This document shows positions 1 through 9,411 of a DNA stretch of 64,000 nucleotides, in pieces. Each line of letters starts with the position of its first letter. The stretch's first letter is position 1. A program made the position numbers and the translations under genes. The stretch covers positions 33 to 64,032 of the forward strand of contig CAIYDQ010000015.1 of NCBI GenBank assembly GCA_903925075.1. The letters run 5' to 3'. The notes below the pieces were generated by a model that worked only from the letters and a program-made list of their open reading frames with translations, ran no database searches and had not been told where the DNA came from. Source of the DNA: an uncultured Geobacter sp. (GTDB lineage Bacteria > Desulfobacterota > Desulfuromonadia > Geobacterales > Geobacteraceae).

Positions 1-1
1 G

Positions 2-184
2 GTCGCGGCCCAGCACGCCTGGTGGTTTCCCGAGAAGGACGAGGCCGGCCACGGCTGGGAAGAATCGAACGTGAACGTGCTCACCGACGACTCTTATGCG
101 AGTTGCGACCCGGCCATGGGCGCCAACCACATCAGGAGCCTTTTGTGCAGGATTTCGCCCGAAAGGGCCGGGGGCGCGCTATGA
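2..184 (+). CDS. C-terminal fragment of a molybdopterin (DMSO-reductase family) oxidoreductase catalytic subunit; 5' end lies outside the window
   Basis: Frame 2 reads ..AAQHAWWFPEKDEAGHGWEESNVNVLTDDSYASCDPAMGANHIRSLLCRISPERAGGAL*. The TGA at 182-184 overlaps the ATG at 181 of the following 4Fe-4S gene (ATGA coupling), which is the usual catalytic-subunit then FeS-subunit order. Confidence 0.5.
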   Translation, partial: VAAQHAWWFPEKDEAGHGWEESNVNVLTDDSYASCDPAMGANHIRSLLCRISPERAGGAL

Positions 185-627
185 CGACGCTGGCTTTAAA
201 GGTGGAAGAGGAGAAGTGCTGGGGGTGCAAGGCCTGCGAGGTGGCCTGCAAGCAGGAGAACCGGGCGCCCGACGGCGCGCGCTTGATCCGCATTCTGGAG
301 GACGGGCCGCGCCAGGTCGAAGGGCGCTGGCATTTCGTCTTTACCGCCAACCGCTGCCGGCACTGCGCGGAGCCGGCCTGCGTCGACGCCTGCGCGCCGG
401 GCGCCATCGCCAAGCGCGAAGACGGCGTGGTGCTACTGGACCGGGAGTTCTGCGTGGGATGCCGCGCCTGCATCGAGGCCTGCCCGTTCGACGCCGTCGC
501 CTTCGACGAGGGGGCGGGTGTTGCGGCCAAGTGCAACCTGTGCCACCATCGGCTGGACCGGGGCCTGCTGCCGGCCTGCGCGGACAACGTCTGCCTGGCC
601 CACTGCATCCACCTGGTCGAGGGGTGA
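181..627 (+). CDS. 4Fe-4S dicluster ferredoxin-type electron-transfer subunit (DmsB-like)
   Basis: MTTLALKVEEEKCWGCKACEVACK..., with several CxxCxxCxxxC(P) cluster motifs (CWGCKACEVAC, CRHCAEPACVDAC, CVGCRACIEACP, CNLC..C). Confidence 0.85.
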   Translation: MTTLALKVEEEKCWGCKACEVACKQENRAPDGARLIRILEDGPRQVEGRWHFVFTANRCRHCAEPACVDACAPGAIAKREDGVVLLDREFCVGCRACIEACPFDAVAFDEGAGVAAKCNLCHHRLDRGLLPACADNVCLAHCIHLVEG

Positions 628-632
628 CGTCG

Positions 633-1178
633 ATGGCGGTGATCGTCAGAGACGCGACCGAGGCGGACATGGCGGCCGTCCGGGAGATCTACGCCCATTA
701 CGTGCTGCACGGGGCGGCGACCTTCGAGGAGATTCCCCCGTCCACGGAGGAATTGCTGTCGCGCCGCGCCTTGGTGCTCGCGCTGGGGCTTCCCTACCTG
801 GTGGCCGAGCTTGGCGGGCGGGTGGTCGGCTACAGTTACGCCACCAGCTATCGTTCGCGGTCGGCCTACCGGCATACCATCGAGGATTCCGTCTATGTCG
901 CCCAAGGGTTGGGCGGCCACGGCATCGGCAGCGCGCTGCTGGCCGCGCTGATCGCCCGCTGCGAGGCCGGGCCGTGGCGGCAAATGCTCGCCGTCATCGG
1001 CGACAGCGGCAACGCCGGGTCGATCGCCCTGCACGCGAGCCTTGGCTTTCAACCGGCGGGCACGCTCGTCTCGGTCGGGTTCAAGTTGGGCCGCTGGGTC
1101 GACACCGTGTTGATGCAGCGGCCGCTGGGAAGCGGTGACACCACCTTTCCGGAAGACAGCGGGTCCGCCTCGTGCTAA
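633..1178 (+). CDS. GNAT family N-acetyltransferase (phosphinothricin acetyltransferase-like)
   Basis: MAVIVRDATEADMAAVREIYAHYVLHGAATFEE..., with the acetyl-CoA-binding motif QGLGGHGIGSALL. The overall pattern matches the PAT/GNAT family. Confidence 0.85.
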   Translation: MAVIVRDATEADMAAVREIYAHYVLHGAATFEEIPPSTEELLSRRALVLALGLPYLVAELGGRVVGYSYATSYRSRSAYRHTIEDSVYVAQGLGGHGIGSALLAALIARCEAGPWRQMLAVIGDSGNAGSIALHASLGFQPAGTLVSVGFKLGRWVDTVLMQRPLGSGDTTFPEDSGSASC

Positions 1179-1295
1179 TTAAAATGGCCGAATTCCGGCG
1201 CGCCGGAATTCGGCGTAACTATTTGATCACAGGTCTCATGAAGGGGAATTTCTCAACTTTGTCGAAGCATTATGCGGAAATATCTCATGTGTCGC
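1178..1295 (-). repeat. Copy 1 of a ~118-nt noncoding module (22-bp perfect palindrome GAATTCCGGCGCGCCGGAATTC at 1190-1211 plus ~85 nt of conserved flank); an inverted copy lies at 42489-42608
   Basis: Hand alignment of the reverse complement against 42489-42608 gives about 11 mismatches and 1 indel over ~107 nt. No reading frame is conserved: the other copy has an in-frame TAG. Confidence 0.85.
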
Positions 1296-1356
1296 CCGCC
1301 CGAGTTGAGATTGCCCGCCCCTATCGACTGACCGAGGCCCTTAGCATCGTGATTGG

Positions 1357-1393
1357 TTGACTTTACACAGTTGAAGGTGTAACTATTTGTGTA
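1357..1393 (+). promoter_or_regulatory. Putative sigma70 promoter and operator of vapBC
   Basis: TTGACT (1357-1362), a 17-nt spacer, then TAACTA (1380-1385). The palindrome TACACA (1364-1369) / TGTGTA (1388-1393) brackets the -10, as expected for an autoregulated TA operator. The RBS GAGGAGG precedes the ATG at 1408. Confidence 0.4.
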
Positions 1394-1407
1394 GAGGAGG
1401 TGAAGAC

Positions 1408-1608
1408 ATGGCTACGAATCTCGCTATTGACGACAAGCTGCTTGAAGAGGCCCGGATCGTCGGCAGGCACGCAACGAAGAAGGCGGTGGTCAACGAAGCC
1501 CTCTCGGAATATATTCAACGCCGAAAGCAAGTCGAGATCATAGAACTTTTCAATACGGTGGAATATGACTCGGACTATGATTACAAAGAGCAGAGAAAGA
1601 AGCAGTGA
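1408..1608 (+). CDS. vapB: Type II antitoxin, VapB-like (ribbon-helix-helix / DUF2191-like)
   Basis: 66 aa, MATNLAIDDKLLEEARIVGRHATKKAVVNEALSEYI.., with an acidic C-terminal tail. Its stop overlaps the GTG start of the PIN gene (GTGA). Confidence 0.8.
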   Translation: MATNLAIDDKLLEEARIVGRHATKKAVVNEALSEYIQRRKQVEIIELFNTVEYDSDYDYKEQRKKQ

Positions 1609-2030
1609 AGGTCCTTGTTGACACGTCTGTATGGTCACTGGCACTGCGGCGCAGTCAACCGCAGTTAGGTCCAGAGGTAGCTGAATTAATTGAATTGATC
1701 AAAGACGTGCGAGCACAGATCATAGGCCCGGTACGACAAGAGATCCTTTCAGGACTCAAAGACAAATTCCAATTCCAGAAACTGCGTCAGCACCTCAATG
1801 CGTTTCCGGATCTTGAACTAACTACCCGCGATTTCGAAACTGCCGCTGAATTCTATAACCATTGTCGCAGTAACGGCATCCAAGGGTCGAACACTGATTT
1901 TCTCATCTGCGCCACTGCAACGCGGCTCAAAATTCCAATTTTTACCACCGACCGGGATTTTGAACTATTTAAAACCCATTTGCCGATCATGCTGCACATC
2001 CCTCGCGCTCAAACCTTGTCCGGACCATGA
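1605..2030 (+). CDS. vapC: Type II toxin, PIN-domain ribonuclease VapC
   Basis: [16 protein letters not shown]... begins with the conserved N-terminal Asp, followed by later acidic residues (..EIL.., ..TDFLI.., ..TTDRDF). It is 4-nt coupled to vapB. A spot count gives ~45% GC here, below the flanks. Confidence 0.9.
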   Translation: MKVLVDTSVWSLALRRSQPQLGPEVAELIELIKDVRAQIIGPVRQEILSGLKDKFQFQKLRQHLNAFPDLELTTRDFETAAEFYNHCRSNGIQGSNTDFLICATATRLKIPIFTTDRDFELFKTHLPIMLHIPRAQTLSGP

Positions 2031-2163
2031 CAGACAACCCTTCACCCCGATCCGAAGGCTACGGTTGCATCCTGAGAACAAGCCTCCCGGCTTGACCTTT
2101 GCCGCCAACTGTTATAACGTGACGCGTCTGCATTATCGGCGACGGCCCGCAGCACGGAGAGGT

Positions 2164-3180
2164 ATGACGACCCGCACCATCACCCCGGAAAAAACTGAAG
2201 AGGACGGCTTCGAGGCCAAGATTCGCCCGCGCGCGCTGGACGAATACGTCGGCCAGGAGAAGGCCAAGGGGAACCTCGGCCTGTTCATCGACGCCGCCCG
2301 CGGCCGGGGCGAGGCGCTCGACCACGTGCTCCTTTACGGACCGCCCGGTCTGGGCAAGACCACGCTCGCCAACATCATCGCCTGCGAGATGGGGGTGAGC
2401 ATCAAATCGACCTCCGGACCGGTGATCGAGCGCCCGGGGGACCTGGCCGCCATCCTCACCAACCTGGAGCCGCACGACGTGCTCTTCATCGACGAGATCC
2501 ACCGCCTCTCCAACGTGGTGGAGGAGATCCTCTACCCGGCGATGGAGGACTTCCAGCTCGACATCATCATCGGCCAGGGCCCCAGCGCCCGCACCATCAA
2601 GCTCGACCTCCCCAAATTCACGCTGGTGGGCGCCACCACCCGCGCGGGGCTCCTCTCCTCGCCGCTTCGGGACCGCTTCGGGGTCATCTCGCGCCTGGAG
2701 TTCTACACCCACGAGGAACTAGCCTACATCGTCACCCGCTCCGCGCGCATCTTCGGCATGGCGATCGACGAAGGGGGGGCGATGGAACTCGCCCGCCGCA
2801 GCCGCGGCACGCCCAGGATCGCCAACCGACTGCTGCGCCGCGTGCGCGACTTCGCCCAGGTGCGGGCGGACGGCGTGATCACGCATCAGGTCGCGGACCA
2901 GGCGCTGGCGCTTTTGGAAATAGATCATATGGGTTTTGACACCATGGACCGGGCGATCCTTCTGACCATCATCGACAAGTTCGGAGGGGGGCCGGTGGGG
3001 CTGGACACGATAGCCGCGGCGATCAGCGAGGAGAGCGACACCATCGAGGACGTCTACGAGCCGTTCCTGATTCAAAACGGCTTCCTGAACCGCACGCCGA
3101 GAGGGCGGGTGGCGACGGCCGCGGCCTACCGGCACTTCGGCAGAATAGCGCCCGAGCCGCCGCAGGGAAGGCTCTTTTAA
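2164..3180 (+). CDS. ruvB: Holliday junction branch migration ATPase RuvB
   Basis: [19 protein letters not shown], Walker [12 protein letters not shown], Walker [10 protein letters not shown], and ..[16 protein letters not shown]... The ATG at 2164 is preceded by GGAGAGG. Confidence 0.97.
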   Translation: MTTRTITPEKTEEDGFEAKIRPRALDEYVGQEKAKGNLGLFIDAARGRGEALDHVLLYGPPGLGKTTLANIIACEMGVSIKSTSGPVIERPGDLAAILTNLEPHDVLFIDEIHRLSNVVEEILYPAMEDFQLDIIIGQGPSARTIKLDLPKFTLVGATTRAGLLSSPLRDRFGVISRLEFYTHEELAYIVTRSARIFGMAIDEGGAMELARRSRGTPRIANRLLRRVRDFAQVRADGVITHQVADQALALLEIDHMGFDTMDRAILLTIIDKFGGGPVGLDTIAAAISEESDTIEDVYEPFLIQNGFLNRTPRGRVATAAAYRHFGRIAPEPPQGRLF

Positions 3181-3878
3181 TGCAGCTGATCTTCGATTTT
3201 CCCGTGGTGCCGCGCTTCAGCTTCGAGAACTTCGTGGTCTGCGCCGGCAACAAGACCGCCTACCAGTTCGCGCAGAAGATCGCCGCCGGCGACGCCACCG
3301 AGAACCTGCTCTACGTCTACGGGCCCGAGGGGTCCGGCAAGACCCACCTCTTGACCGCCTTGGCAGCCGCCATCGGCGGCGACTATTTCTCCTGGCGCGA
3401 GGCCGAGTCGCTCCACGCGGGGGGATGCTCGGCCGAGGTCCCTTGCGGGCTTGCCGAGCGCTTCCACGGCTGCGCCGCCCTGGTTCTCGACGATCTGCAC
3501 CTGCTCCCCGACAGCCAGGACTTGAGGGTGGAGTTGTGGGAGTTGTTCAACGCCTGCTACACTGCCGGCAAAAAGATCGTCATCGCCGGCCTGCTCCCGC
3601 CCAAGGAGCTGCCGCACCTCGACGGACACCTGACCAGCCGGCTCCTTTGGGGGCTGGTGGCGCGCATGGACGTCTCGGACGACGCCTCCCGGCGCATGAT
3701 CCTGAAAAAGCTGGCGGAGGACCGGCAGATGTCGCTCCCCGAAGAGGTGATCGACCTGATGCTTTTGAAGGTGCGGCGCGACATCCCGTCGCTGGGCTTC
3801 GCGCTGGAGGCCATCAACCGCTACGCCATCGCCACCAAGAGGAAAATCGGGCTGCGCCTTGCCAAGGAAGCGCTGTAA
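3180..3878 (+). CDS. DnaA-family AAA+ protein (Hda-like, DnaA regulatory inactivator family)
   Basis: 232 aa: [31 protein letters not shown].., Walker A GPEGSGKTHLL, ..LVLDDLHLL... Its ATG overlaps the ruvB TAA (TAATG). Confidence 0.7.
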   Translation: MQLIFDFPVVPRFSFENFVVCAGNKTAYQFAQKIAAGDATENLLYVYGPEGSGKTHLLTALAAAIGGDYFSWREAESLHAGGCSAEVPCGLAERFHGCAALVLDDLHLLPDSQDLRVELWELFNACYTAGKKIVIAGLLPPKELPHLDGHLTSRLLWGLVARMDVSDDASRRMILKKLAEDRQMSLPEEVIDLMLLKVRRDIPSLGFALEAINRYAIATKRKIGLRLAKEAL

Positions 3879-3883
3879 GGCTT

Positions 3884-3922
3884 CTGACCGGTCCGACTAG
3901 TCCGACCGGTCAGACCGGTCGG
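3884..3922. terminator. GACCGGTC-rich palindromic stem-loop between convergent genes
   Basis: CTGACCGGT (3884-3892) pairs with ACCGGTCAG (3905-3913), and GACCGGTC units repeat. It lies between the Hda-like stop (3878) and the ABC-F stop (3936). There is no clear U-tract. Confidence 0.35.
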
Positions 3923-3935
3923 AAAGCCACGCTCC

Positions 3936-5831
3936 TCACCCCGCCTTCTTAATCTCCAGCTCTTCCCACCGGGCGTAGCTTGCGGCAAGCTCCGCCTCGA
4001 TCCGGCTGTAGTCGGCCGAGATGCCGGCGATGCCCCCCTGAGCGGACGCATAACCGGCGGGGTCCGCCAGCATGAGCTGCACTTTTGCGAAGGACTCCTC
4101 CAGCGCGGCGATCGCCTCCTCAAGCCGCTCCAACTCGTTGCGCTCGGCGTAGCTCAGCCCCTTCTTCGGCTTCTCGACCTTGACCGCCTGCGCCTCCCTC
4201 TTCTCGACCCGCGAAGCCGCACCGGCCGAGCGGGCCGCGTCCTGACGCTCCCGGTAGTTGCTGTAGTTCCCCTCGTGAAAGACCACCGCCCCCTCCCCCT
4301 CGAAGGCGAGCACGCCGGTGGCCACCTTGTCCAGGAAGAAACGGTCGTGGGTCACCATCAGCACGCAGCCGGGAAAGGCCGCGATGGAGGCGTCCAACAG
4401 CTGCAGGGTCGGAATGTCCAGATCGTTGGTGGGCTCGTCCAGGATCAGCAGATTGGAGTCCTGCAGCATGAGCCTCGCCAGGATCAGCCGGCTCTTTTCG
4501 CCCCCGGACAGGCTGCCGATCTGGCGCCTGCGATCCTCGGGCGAGAACAGAAACTCCTCCAGATAGCCGATTTTGTGCCGTTTTTCGCCGCCGCAGCTGA
4601 CGTAGTCCCCCTCCCCGAAGAAGTCGTAGATGGTCTGCGCCGGGTCGATCACCTCCCGCAACTGGTCGAAGTAGGAGATCTTGGTCTTCTTGCCGACCGC
4701 CACCTTTCCCGCGTCCGGCGCCTCCTCGCCCATGATCATGCGGATCAGCGTGGTCTTGCCGCAGCCGTTGGGCCCGATCACCCCGACCCGGTCGCCGCGC
4801 TTCATGCCGAAGGAGACCTCCTTGATCAGAGTCCGGCCGTCGTACCCCTTGCTGACCTTGTCGAGCTCCAGGATGGTGCCGCCGAACCCCTCCTCGGTGT
4901 TGAAGCCGATTTTCAGCTCGCGCCTGGCCGGACCGGAGCAGTTCTCCTCCAGGTCGTAAAAGCGGTCGATGCGGGCCTTCTGCTTGGTGGAGCGCGCCTT
5001 GGGTCCGCGCCGCATCCAGGCGGTTTCGGTTCTCAGCAGGTTCAAAAGGCGCGAGCGGGTGTTGGCCTCGCCCATCAGCCGCTCCTCCCGCTGCTCCAGG
5101 TAGAGCGAATACCCGCCCTGGTAGCAGGCGAGCGCGCCGCGCTCCAGCTCCAGCATCCTGGTGACCACCTCGTCCAGAAAATAGCGGTCGTGGGTGATGA
5201 GCATCACCGCCCCCGGATAGGCCTTCAGGTGATCCTGCAGCCATTGGGTGGTGTCCGCGTCCAGGTGGTTGGTCGGCTCGTCCAAAAGCAGCAGCTCGGG
5301 GGCCTGCAAGAGGAGCTTGGCCAGCGCCACCCGCCGCTTGGTGCCGCCGGAGAGGGTGCCGATGCGCTGCTCCCGGTCGGGCAACTGCAGATGGGTCATG
5401 ATCTCGGAGACGCGGTGGTCGGTGTTCCAGCCGCCGTGATGCTCGATCCAGACCGCCAGCTCCCCCTGGCGCGCCAGCAGCCGGTCCATGTCGGGAGGGT
5501 TCGCCGCCATGCGCTCGGAGAGTTCGTTGAAGGCCGCGATGGCGCCGCGGATCTCCTGCAACCCCCCTTCGATCTCGGCGGCTACGGTCGAGTCGTCGTC
5601 CAGCACCGGCTCCTGGCTCAGGTAGCCGACCGAGGCGCCCCGCTTCATGGCGATGGAGCCGCCGTCGTGATCCTCGGCGCCGGCCAGCACCGTCAAAAGG
5701 GTGGATTTCCCCGCCCCGTTGGCGCCGATCAGCCCGACCCGCTCGTCCTCACCCACGGCGAAGGTCACGCCGTTCAAAAGTTCCCGCGATCCAAAGCTCT
5801 TGCAAAGCCCTATTACATCGACTACGTTCAT
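3936..5831 (-). CDS. ABC-F family ATPase (two ABC domains, no TM domain; Uup-like C-terminal coiled coil)
   Basis: Two Walker A motifs (GANGAGKST, GPNGCGKTT), two signatures (LSGGTKRR, LSGGEKSR), and a C-terminal charged helical tail. Confidence 0.9.
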   Translation of the reverse strand: MNVVDVIGLCKSFGSRELLNGVTFAVGEDERVGLIGANGAGKSTLLTVLAGAEDHDGGSIAMKRGASVGYLSQEPVLDDDSTVAAEIEGGLQEIRGAIAAFNELSERMAANPPDMDRLLARQGELAVWIEHHGGWNTDHRVSEIMTHLQLPDREQRIGTLSGGTKRRVALAKLLLQAPELLLLDEPTNHLDADTTQWLQDHLKAYPGAVMLITHDRYFLDEVVTRMLELERGALACYQGGYSLYLEQREERLMGEANTRSRLLNLLRTETAWMRRGPKARSTKQKARIDRFYDLEENCSGPARRELKIGFNTEEGFGGTILELDKVSKGYDGRTLIKEVSFGMKRGDRVGVIGPNGCGKTTLIRMIMGEEAPDAGKVAVGKKTKISYFDQLREVIDPAQTIYDFFGEGDYVSCGGEKRHKIGYLEEFLFSPEDRRRQIGSLSGGEKSRLILARLMLQDSNLLILDEPTNDLDIPTLQLLDASIAAFPGCVLMVTHDRFFLDKVATGVLAFEGEGAVVFHEGNYSNYRERQDAARSAGAASRVEKREAQAVKVEKPKKGLSYAERNELERLEEAIAALEESFAKVQLMLADPAGYASAQGGIAGISADYSRIEAELAASYARWEELEIKKAG

Positions 5832-5846
5832 GCAGACTCCATGTCG

Positions 5847-6347
5847 TTACTTGTTCATCCTGAGGAAATCGCCCAGCCGGTTGAAGATGGCGGCGGGGCG
5901 ATATTGTTTGGGAATGGCGTAGGTGCCGCTACGCTGCACCGGCACGGTCATCTTCCCCAGCGGCGTGTCCAGATTGAGCGCCGCCGACAGTTGATAAGGG
6001 ATGTTCTCGGGGTCCGGCTTGCGGTTGAATATCTCCAGCAGGTCGGCATAGGAGATCTTGATGGGGATGCGCAGCTCGGTCTGGCCGCCCGAGGGGAACT
6101 TGATCTCCTCGCGCGCCACTCCCGTCGCCAGCGGGCGCTCCAGCACCGTCAGCTGGTAACTGTAGCCCAAAAGGGAGAGGTCGAAGGCATTGGGGTTTTG
6201 CACGTTGAGGCGCAGTTCCATGCCGGCGCCGGCGCCGGTCAGCGACACGACGCTGAGATCCTTCACGGTCACCACCGGTTCTTTGACCAGCAGCTTGCAG
6301 CCGGTAAGCAGCGCTAACAACAGCAGCAGATAGACGCCTCTTCTCAA
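5847..6347 (-). CDS. LEA_2 / WHy-domain lipoprotein (late-embryogenesis-abundant type 2-like)
   Basis: Lipobox LLLLALLTGC, then VTVKDLSVVSLTGAGAGMELRLNVQNPNAFDLSLLGYSYQL... The start is set at the TTG at 6347 behind GGAGG; the track ORF extends to 6425. Confidence 0.65.
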   Translation of the reverse strand: MRRGVYLLLLLALLTGCKLLVKEPVVTVKDLSVVSLTGAGAGMELRLNVQNPNAFDLSLLGYSYQLTVLERPLATGVAREEIKFPSGGQTELRIPIKISYADLLEIFNRKPDPENIPYQLSAALNLDTPLGKMTVPVQRSGTYAIPKQYRPAAIFNRLGDFLRMNK

Positions 6348-6462
6348 CTTGAGCCTCCTTGAGCCAACTAAAATGGGCGGATTCCCGGAAAGGAACCCGC
6401 CCACTATAGCACAACCGAATTTCAAACGCCAAAAAAGTGTCAGTTACCCGTCGGTTACCGGG

Positions 6463-7164
6463 TCAGTTGCTGGCAAACTCCCGAAGAAACCCCCTCTCCA
6501 GTTCGAAGCCCTTCTCCAGCTCGCGCAGGATCTCGGCGCGGAAGCGCTGGCGGATCTTCTCGTAGGCCTCGGCGGCAGGCCCGATGCCGCAGTAGAGGCG
6601 CTTGGCCCGAAACAGGTTACCCTTGGCCATCACCAGCTTCGCCTTAAGCTCTTTCACCGCCGCGGCGGCGCACTTCTCGTCGTCCCTCATCTCGGCCGGA
6701 CGGTAGCCGTGGCTGATGGCCCGCTCCGGCATCAATTGCCAGACCCCCATCGCTCCGCGGGACGATACCACGCGCGAGGAGAGCTTGTGGCTCCCGGTTT
6801 CGGCCAGCGCGATCTCGGCCAGGTCCAGCGGCATGAACCTGGTGCCCGCCGTGCTCTGATAGCAGATCTCGGCCAGCCACTTGGCCCGCTCGGGGGTGGT
6901 CCTGCGCGCGAAGGCCGCGCAAATGGCGGGAACTTGCTTCTTCCTCCCCTCCAGGATGGCGTCCTTGGGGACCTCGACCAGCGTCGCCGGGACTGCCGGC
7001 GGCTGCGCGCCCGACTTCTCGCCCGAGGCCACCTCGGCCAAAAGTTCGTGATCCGCCGGGGAGATCCCCGGGGCGACCGGAACTTGCGCCTGCTGCAGGT
7101 GGGACTGGTCGCAGGAGGTGCATAAAAACAGCACCGCGACCAGCAAAACAGGAGTTCTTTTCAT
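6463..7164 (-). CDS. Lytic transglycosylase (SLT domain) lipoprotein
   Basis: MKRTPVLLVAVLFLCTSCDQ signal/lipobox. SLT core ..LAEIALAETGSHKLSSRVVSSRGAMGVWQLMP... Confidence 0.8.
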   Translation of the reverse strand: MKRTPVLLVAVLFLCTSCDQSHLQQAQVPVAPGISPADHELLAEVASGEKSGAQPPAVPATLVEVPKDAILEGRKKQVPAICAAFARRTTPERAKWLAEICYQSTAGTRFMPLDLAEIALAETGSHKLSSRVVSSRGAMGVWQLMPERAISHGYRPAEMRDDEKCAAAAVKELKAKLVMAKGNLFRAKRLYCGIGPAAEAYEKIRQRFRAEILRELEKGFELERGFLREFASN

Positions 7165-7402
7165 AGATGTTTTTGTCAGATTTGGCCTGCCGGCTTTAGG
7201 TAAAGATACGTAAATGTCGGTAGAAGCCTGCGCCAATTCTTCTCCTTTTAATTAGGTTAACTGGCTCAACGCCAACATGAGGGTAGATTGTAGTCATACC
7301 CGCGAACATTGCAAGTAAAAATTAAGCAAAGATAATGTATTTTAAATAAAAAAAGAGGCCCGTCATGCGGTCCCCTTCCTTTAGTGCTTAGTTTTGTGCA
7401 TG

Positions 7403-8593
7403 TTACAGCTCCACCCCCATGACGCCGGCCACGGTGTGGATGTCCTTGTCTCCCCGGCCCGACAGGCAGACCACGATGCTTTGTTCGGCGGCGAGGGTCG
7501 GCGCCAGACGCAGGGCGTGGGCGACGGCGTGGGAGGACTCCAGCGCCGGGATGATCCCTTCTTCCAGGGTCAGCGTCTGGAACGCCGCCATGGCCTCGTC
7601 GTCGGTCACCGACACGTAGCTGGCCCGGCCGCTCTCCTTGAGGAAGGCGTGCTCGGGGCCGACGCCCGGATAATCAAGGCCCGCGGAGATCGAATGGGCA
7701 TGGGCGATCTGGCCGAATTCGTCCTGAAGCAGGTAGGTCTTGTTGCCGTGCAGCACCCCGACGGAGCCCGCGCAGAGCGGGGCCGCGTGCTTGCCGGACT
7801 CAATGCCGTAACCCGCGGCCTCGACGCCCACCATGCGCACGGATTCGTCGTTCATGAAGGCGTGGAAGAGGCCGAGCGCGTTGCTGCCGCCCCCCACCGC
7901 GGCAACCAGGTAATCCGGCAGCCGTCCTTCGGCCTCCAGATGCTGCGCCCGCGCCTCCTCGCCGATGATGGCCTGGAAATCGCGCACCATGACCGGATAG
8001 GGGTGCGGACCCGCCACCGTGCCGATGATGTAGAAGGTATCCGCCACGTTGGTCACCCATTGGCGCATCGCCTCGTTCATGGCGTCCTTGAGCGTCCTGG
8101 TCCCCGAGCCGACCGGGGTGACCTTCGCGCCCAAGAGCTTCATCCGGAAGACGTTCAGCGACTGGCGCTGGATGTCCTCCTCGCCCATGAAGACCTCGCA
8201 CTCCATGCCGAAGAGCGCCGCCACGGTGGCCGTGGCCACGCCGTGCTGCCCGGCCCCGGTCTCGGCGATCACCCGCTTTTTGCCCATGCGCCGCGCCAGG
8301 AGCCCCTGGCCGATGGTGTTGTTCACCTTGTGGGCGCCGGTGTGGTTCAGGTCCTCGCGCTTCAGATAGACCTTGGCCCCGCCGAGCTTGCGGGTCAGCT
8401 TTTCCGCGAAATAAAGCGGGTTCGGCCGCCCCACGTACTGGCGCAGATAATAGGCGTACTCCGCCTTGAATTCGGCGTCGTCGCGGTAACGGTTGTAGGC
8501 CGTCTCCAGTTCCAAAAGCGCGGGCATCAGCGTTTCGGAGACGTATCTGCCGCCGAAGCGGCCGAAATGTCCAGTTGCGTCAGGTAAGTTCAA
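7403..8593 (-). CDS. trpB: Tryptophan synthase beta chain
   Basis: [16 protein letters not shown].., PLP lysine motif [11 protein letters not shown], and [11 protein letters not shown] start behind GGAGGGA. Confidence 0.97.
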   Translation of the reverse strand: MNLPDATGHFGRFGGRYVSETLMPALLELETAYNRYRDDAEFKAEYAYYLRQYVGRPNPLYFAEKLTRKLGGAKVYLKREDLNHTGAHKVNNTIGQGLLARRMGKKRVIAETGAGQHGVATATVAALFGMECEVFMGEEDIQRQSLNVFRMKLLGAKVTPVGSGTRTLKDAMNEAMRQWVTNVADTFYIIGTVAGPHPYPVMVRDFQAIIGEEARAQHLEAEGRLPDYLVAAVGGGSNALGLFHAFMNDESVRMVGVEAAGYGIESGKHAAPLCAGSVGVLHGNKTYLLQDEFGQIAHAHSISAGLDYPGVGPEHAFLKESGRASYVSVTDDEAMAAFQTLTLEEGIIPALESSHAVAHALRLAPTLAAEQSIVVCLSGRGDKDIHTVAGVMGVEL

Positions 8594-8622
8594 GGTCCCT
8601 CCGGTGCGTCTTCAGAGGCCCC

Positions 8623-8651
8623 ATCATAGACGGTCCGCGAGCAAATTGCAA
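8623..8651 (-). promoter_or_regulatory. Putative sigma70 promoter of trpB
   Basis: The minus strand reads TTGCAA (8651-8646), a 17-nt spacer, then TATGAT (8628-8623), about 30 nt upstream of the trpB start. Confidence 0.35.
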
Positions 8652-8864
8652 GCTTTCAGAGCCTTTGCCGCTGCTAAGTGGCTGTAACTACGCGTATACG
8701 GCCTTTTTATTTTGCCTTATTCCGGGGTTTGGGATACAAATAGAACGCCAATAGGACGCCGAAAACAGGCGCGCCGAACGCGGAGCAAAGGGAGCGACGC
8801 AGAGCATCCGAGGCCTGAAAACTGCGCGCCGGGTGAAGACCGAAAGCTTACAAAGGGGTAGCAG

Positions 8865-9341
8865 ATGTCATTGACCACGCCGTTTCACATCGTGCTGGTG
8901 GAGCCCGAGATCCCGCCCAACACAGGCAACATCGCCAGGCTCTGCGGGGCCACCGGCTCCACCTTGCACCTGGTTGGAAAGCTCGGCTTCTCCACCGAGG
9001 ACCGCTATCTGAAGAGGGCGGGGCTCGACTACTGGAGCGAGGTGGAAATCCGCTACTGGCCCGACCTCGCCTCCTTGCAGCAGGCATACCCGGAGGGGCG
9101 CCTGGTCTACACCAGCAAGAAGGCGGCGAAGAGCTATCTGCAATTCGTTTTTCGCGCGGGGGATTTCATCGTATTCGGCAAGGAGACCAAAGGGCTCCCC
9201 GAGGAACTGATCGAGGCGAACCCGGAGACGGCGGTGAGAATCCCGATCATCGGCCGGGTGCGGAGCCTCAATCTCTCCACCACGGCGGGAATCGTGCTCT
9301 ACGAGGCGCTGCGCCAGACCGGCTCGCTTGACGGGGCCTAA
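8865..9341 (+). CDS. trmL: tRNA (cytidine/uridine-2'-O)-methyltransferase TrmL (SpoU/TrmH family)
   Basis: HIVLVEPEIPPNTGNIARLCGATGSTLHLV ... SLNLSTTAGIVLYEALRQ. Confidence 0.9.
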   Translation: MSLTTPFHIVLVEPEIPPNTGNIARLCGATGSTLHLVGKLGFSTEDRYLKRAGLDYWSEVEIRYWPDLASLQQAYPEGRLVYTSKKAAKSYLQFVFRAGDFIVFGKETKGLPEELIEANPETAVRIPIIGRVRSLNLSTTAGIVLYEALRQTGSLDGA

Positions 9342-9343
9342 AA

Positions 9344-9380
9344 AGCATAAAAAAACGGGGCGGCCACAATTGGCCGCCCC
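9344..9380 (-). terminator. Rho-independent terminator downstream of the S53 peptidase gene; shared with convergent trmL
   Basis: GGGGCGGCCA-caat-TGGCCGCCCC (9357-9380), followed on the minus strand by TTTTTTT. Confidence 0.6.
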
Positions 9381-9411
9381 CCATCGAATCTCTTCAGTTG
9401 TTCAATCCCCC

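Noticed and set aside
1172-1360. 62-aa ORF covering inverted-repeat module copy 1
   Set aside because: The homologous copy at 42489-42608 has an in-frame TAG and an indel in the same frame, so conservation is at the nucleotide level, not the protein level.
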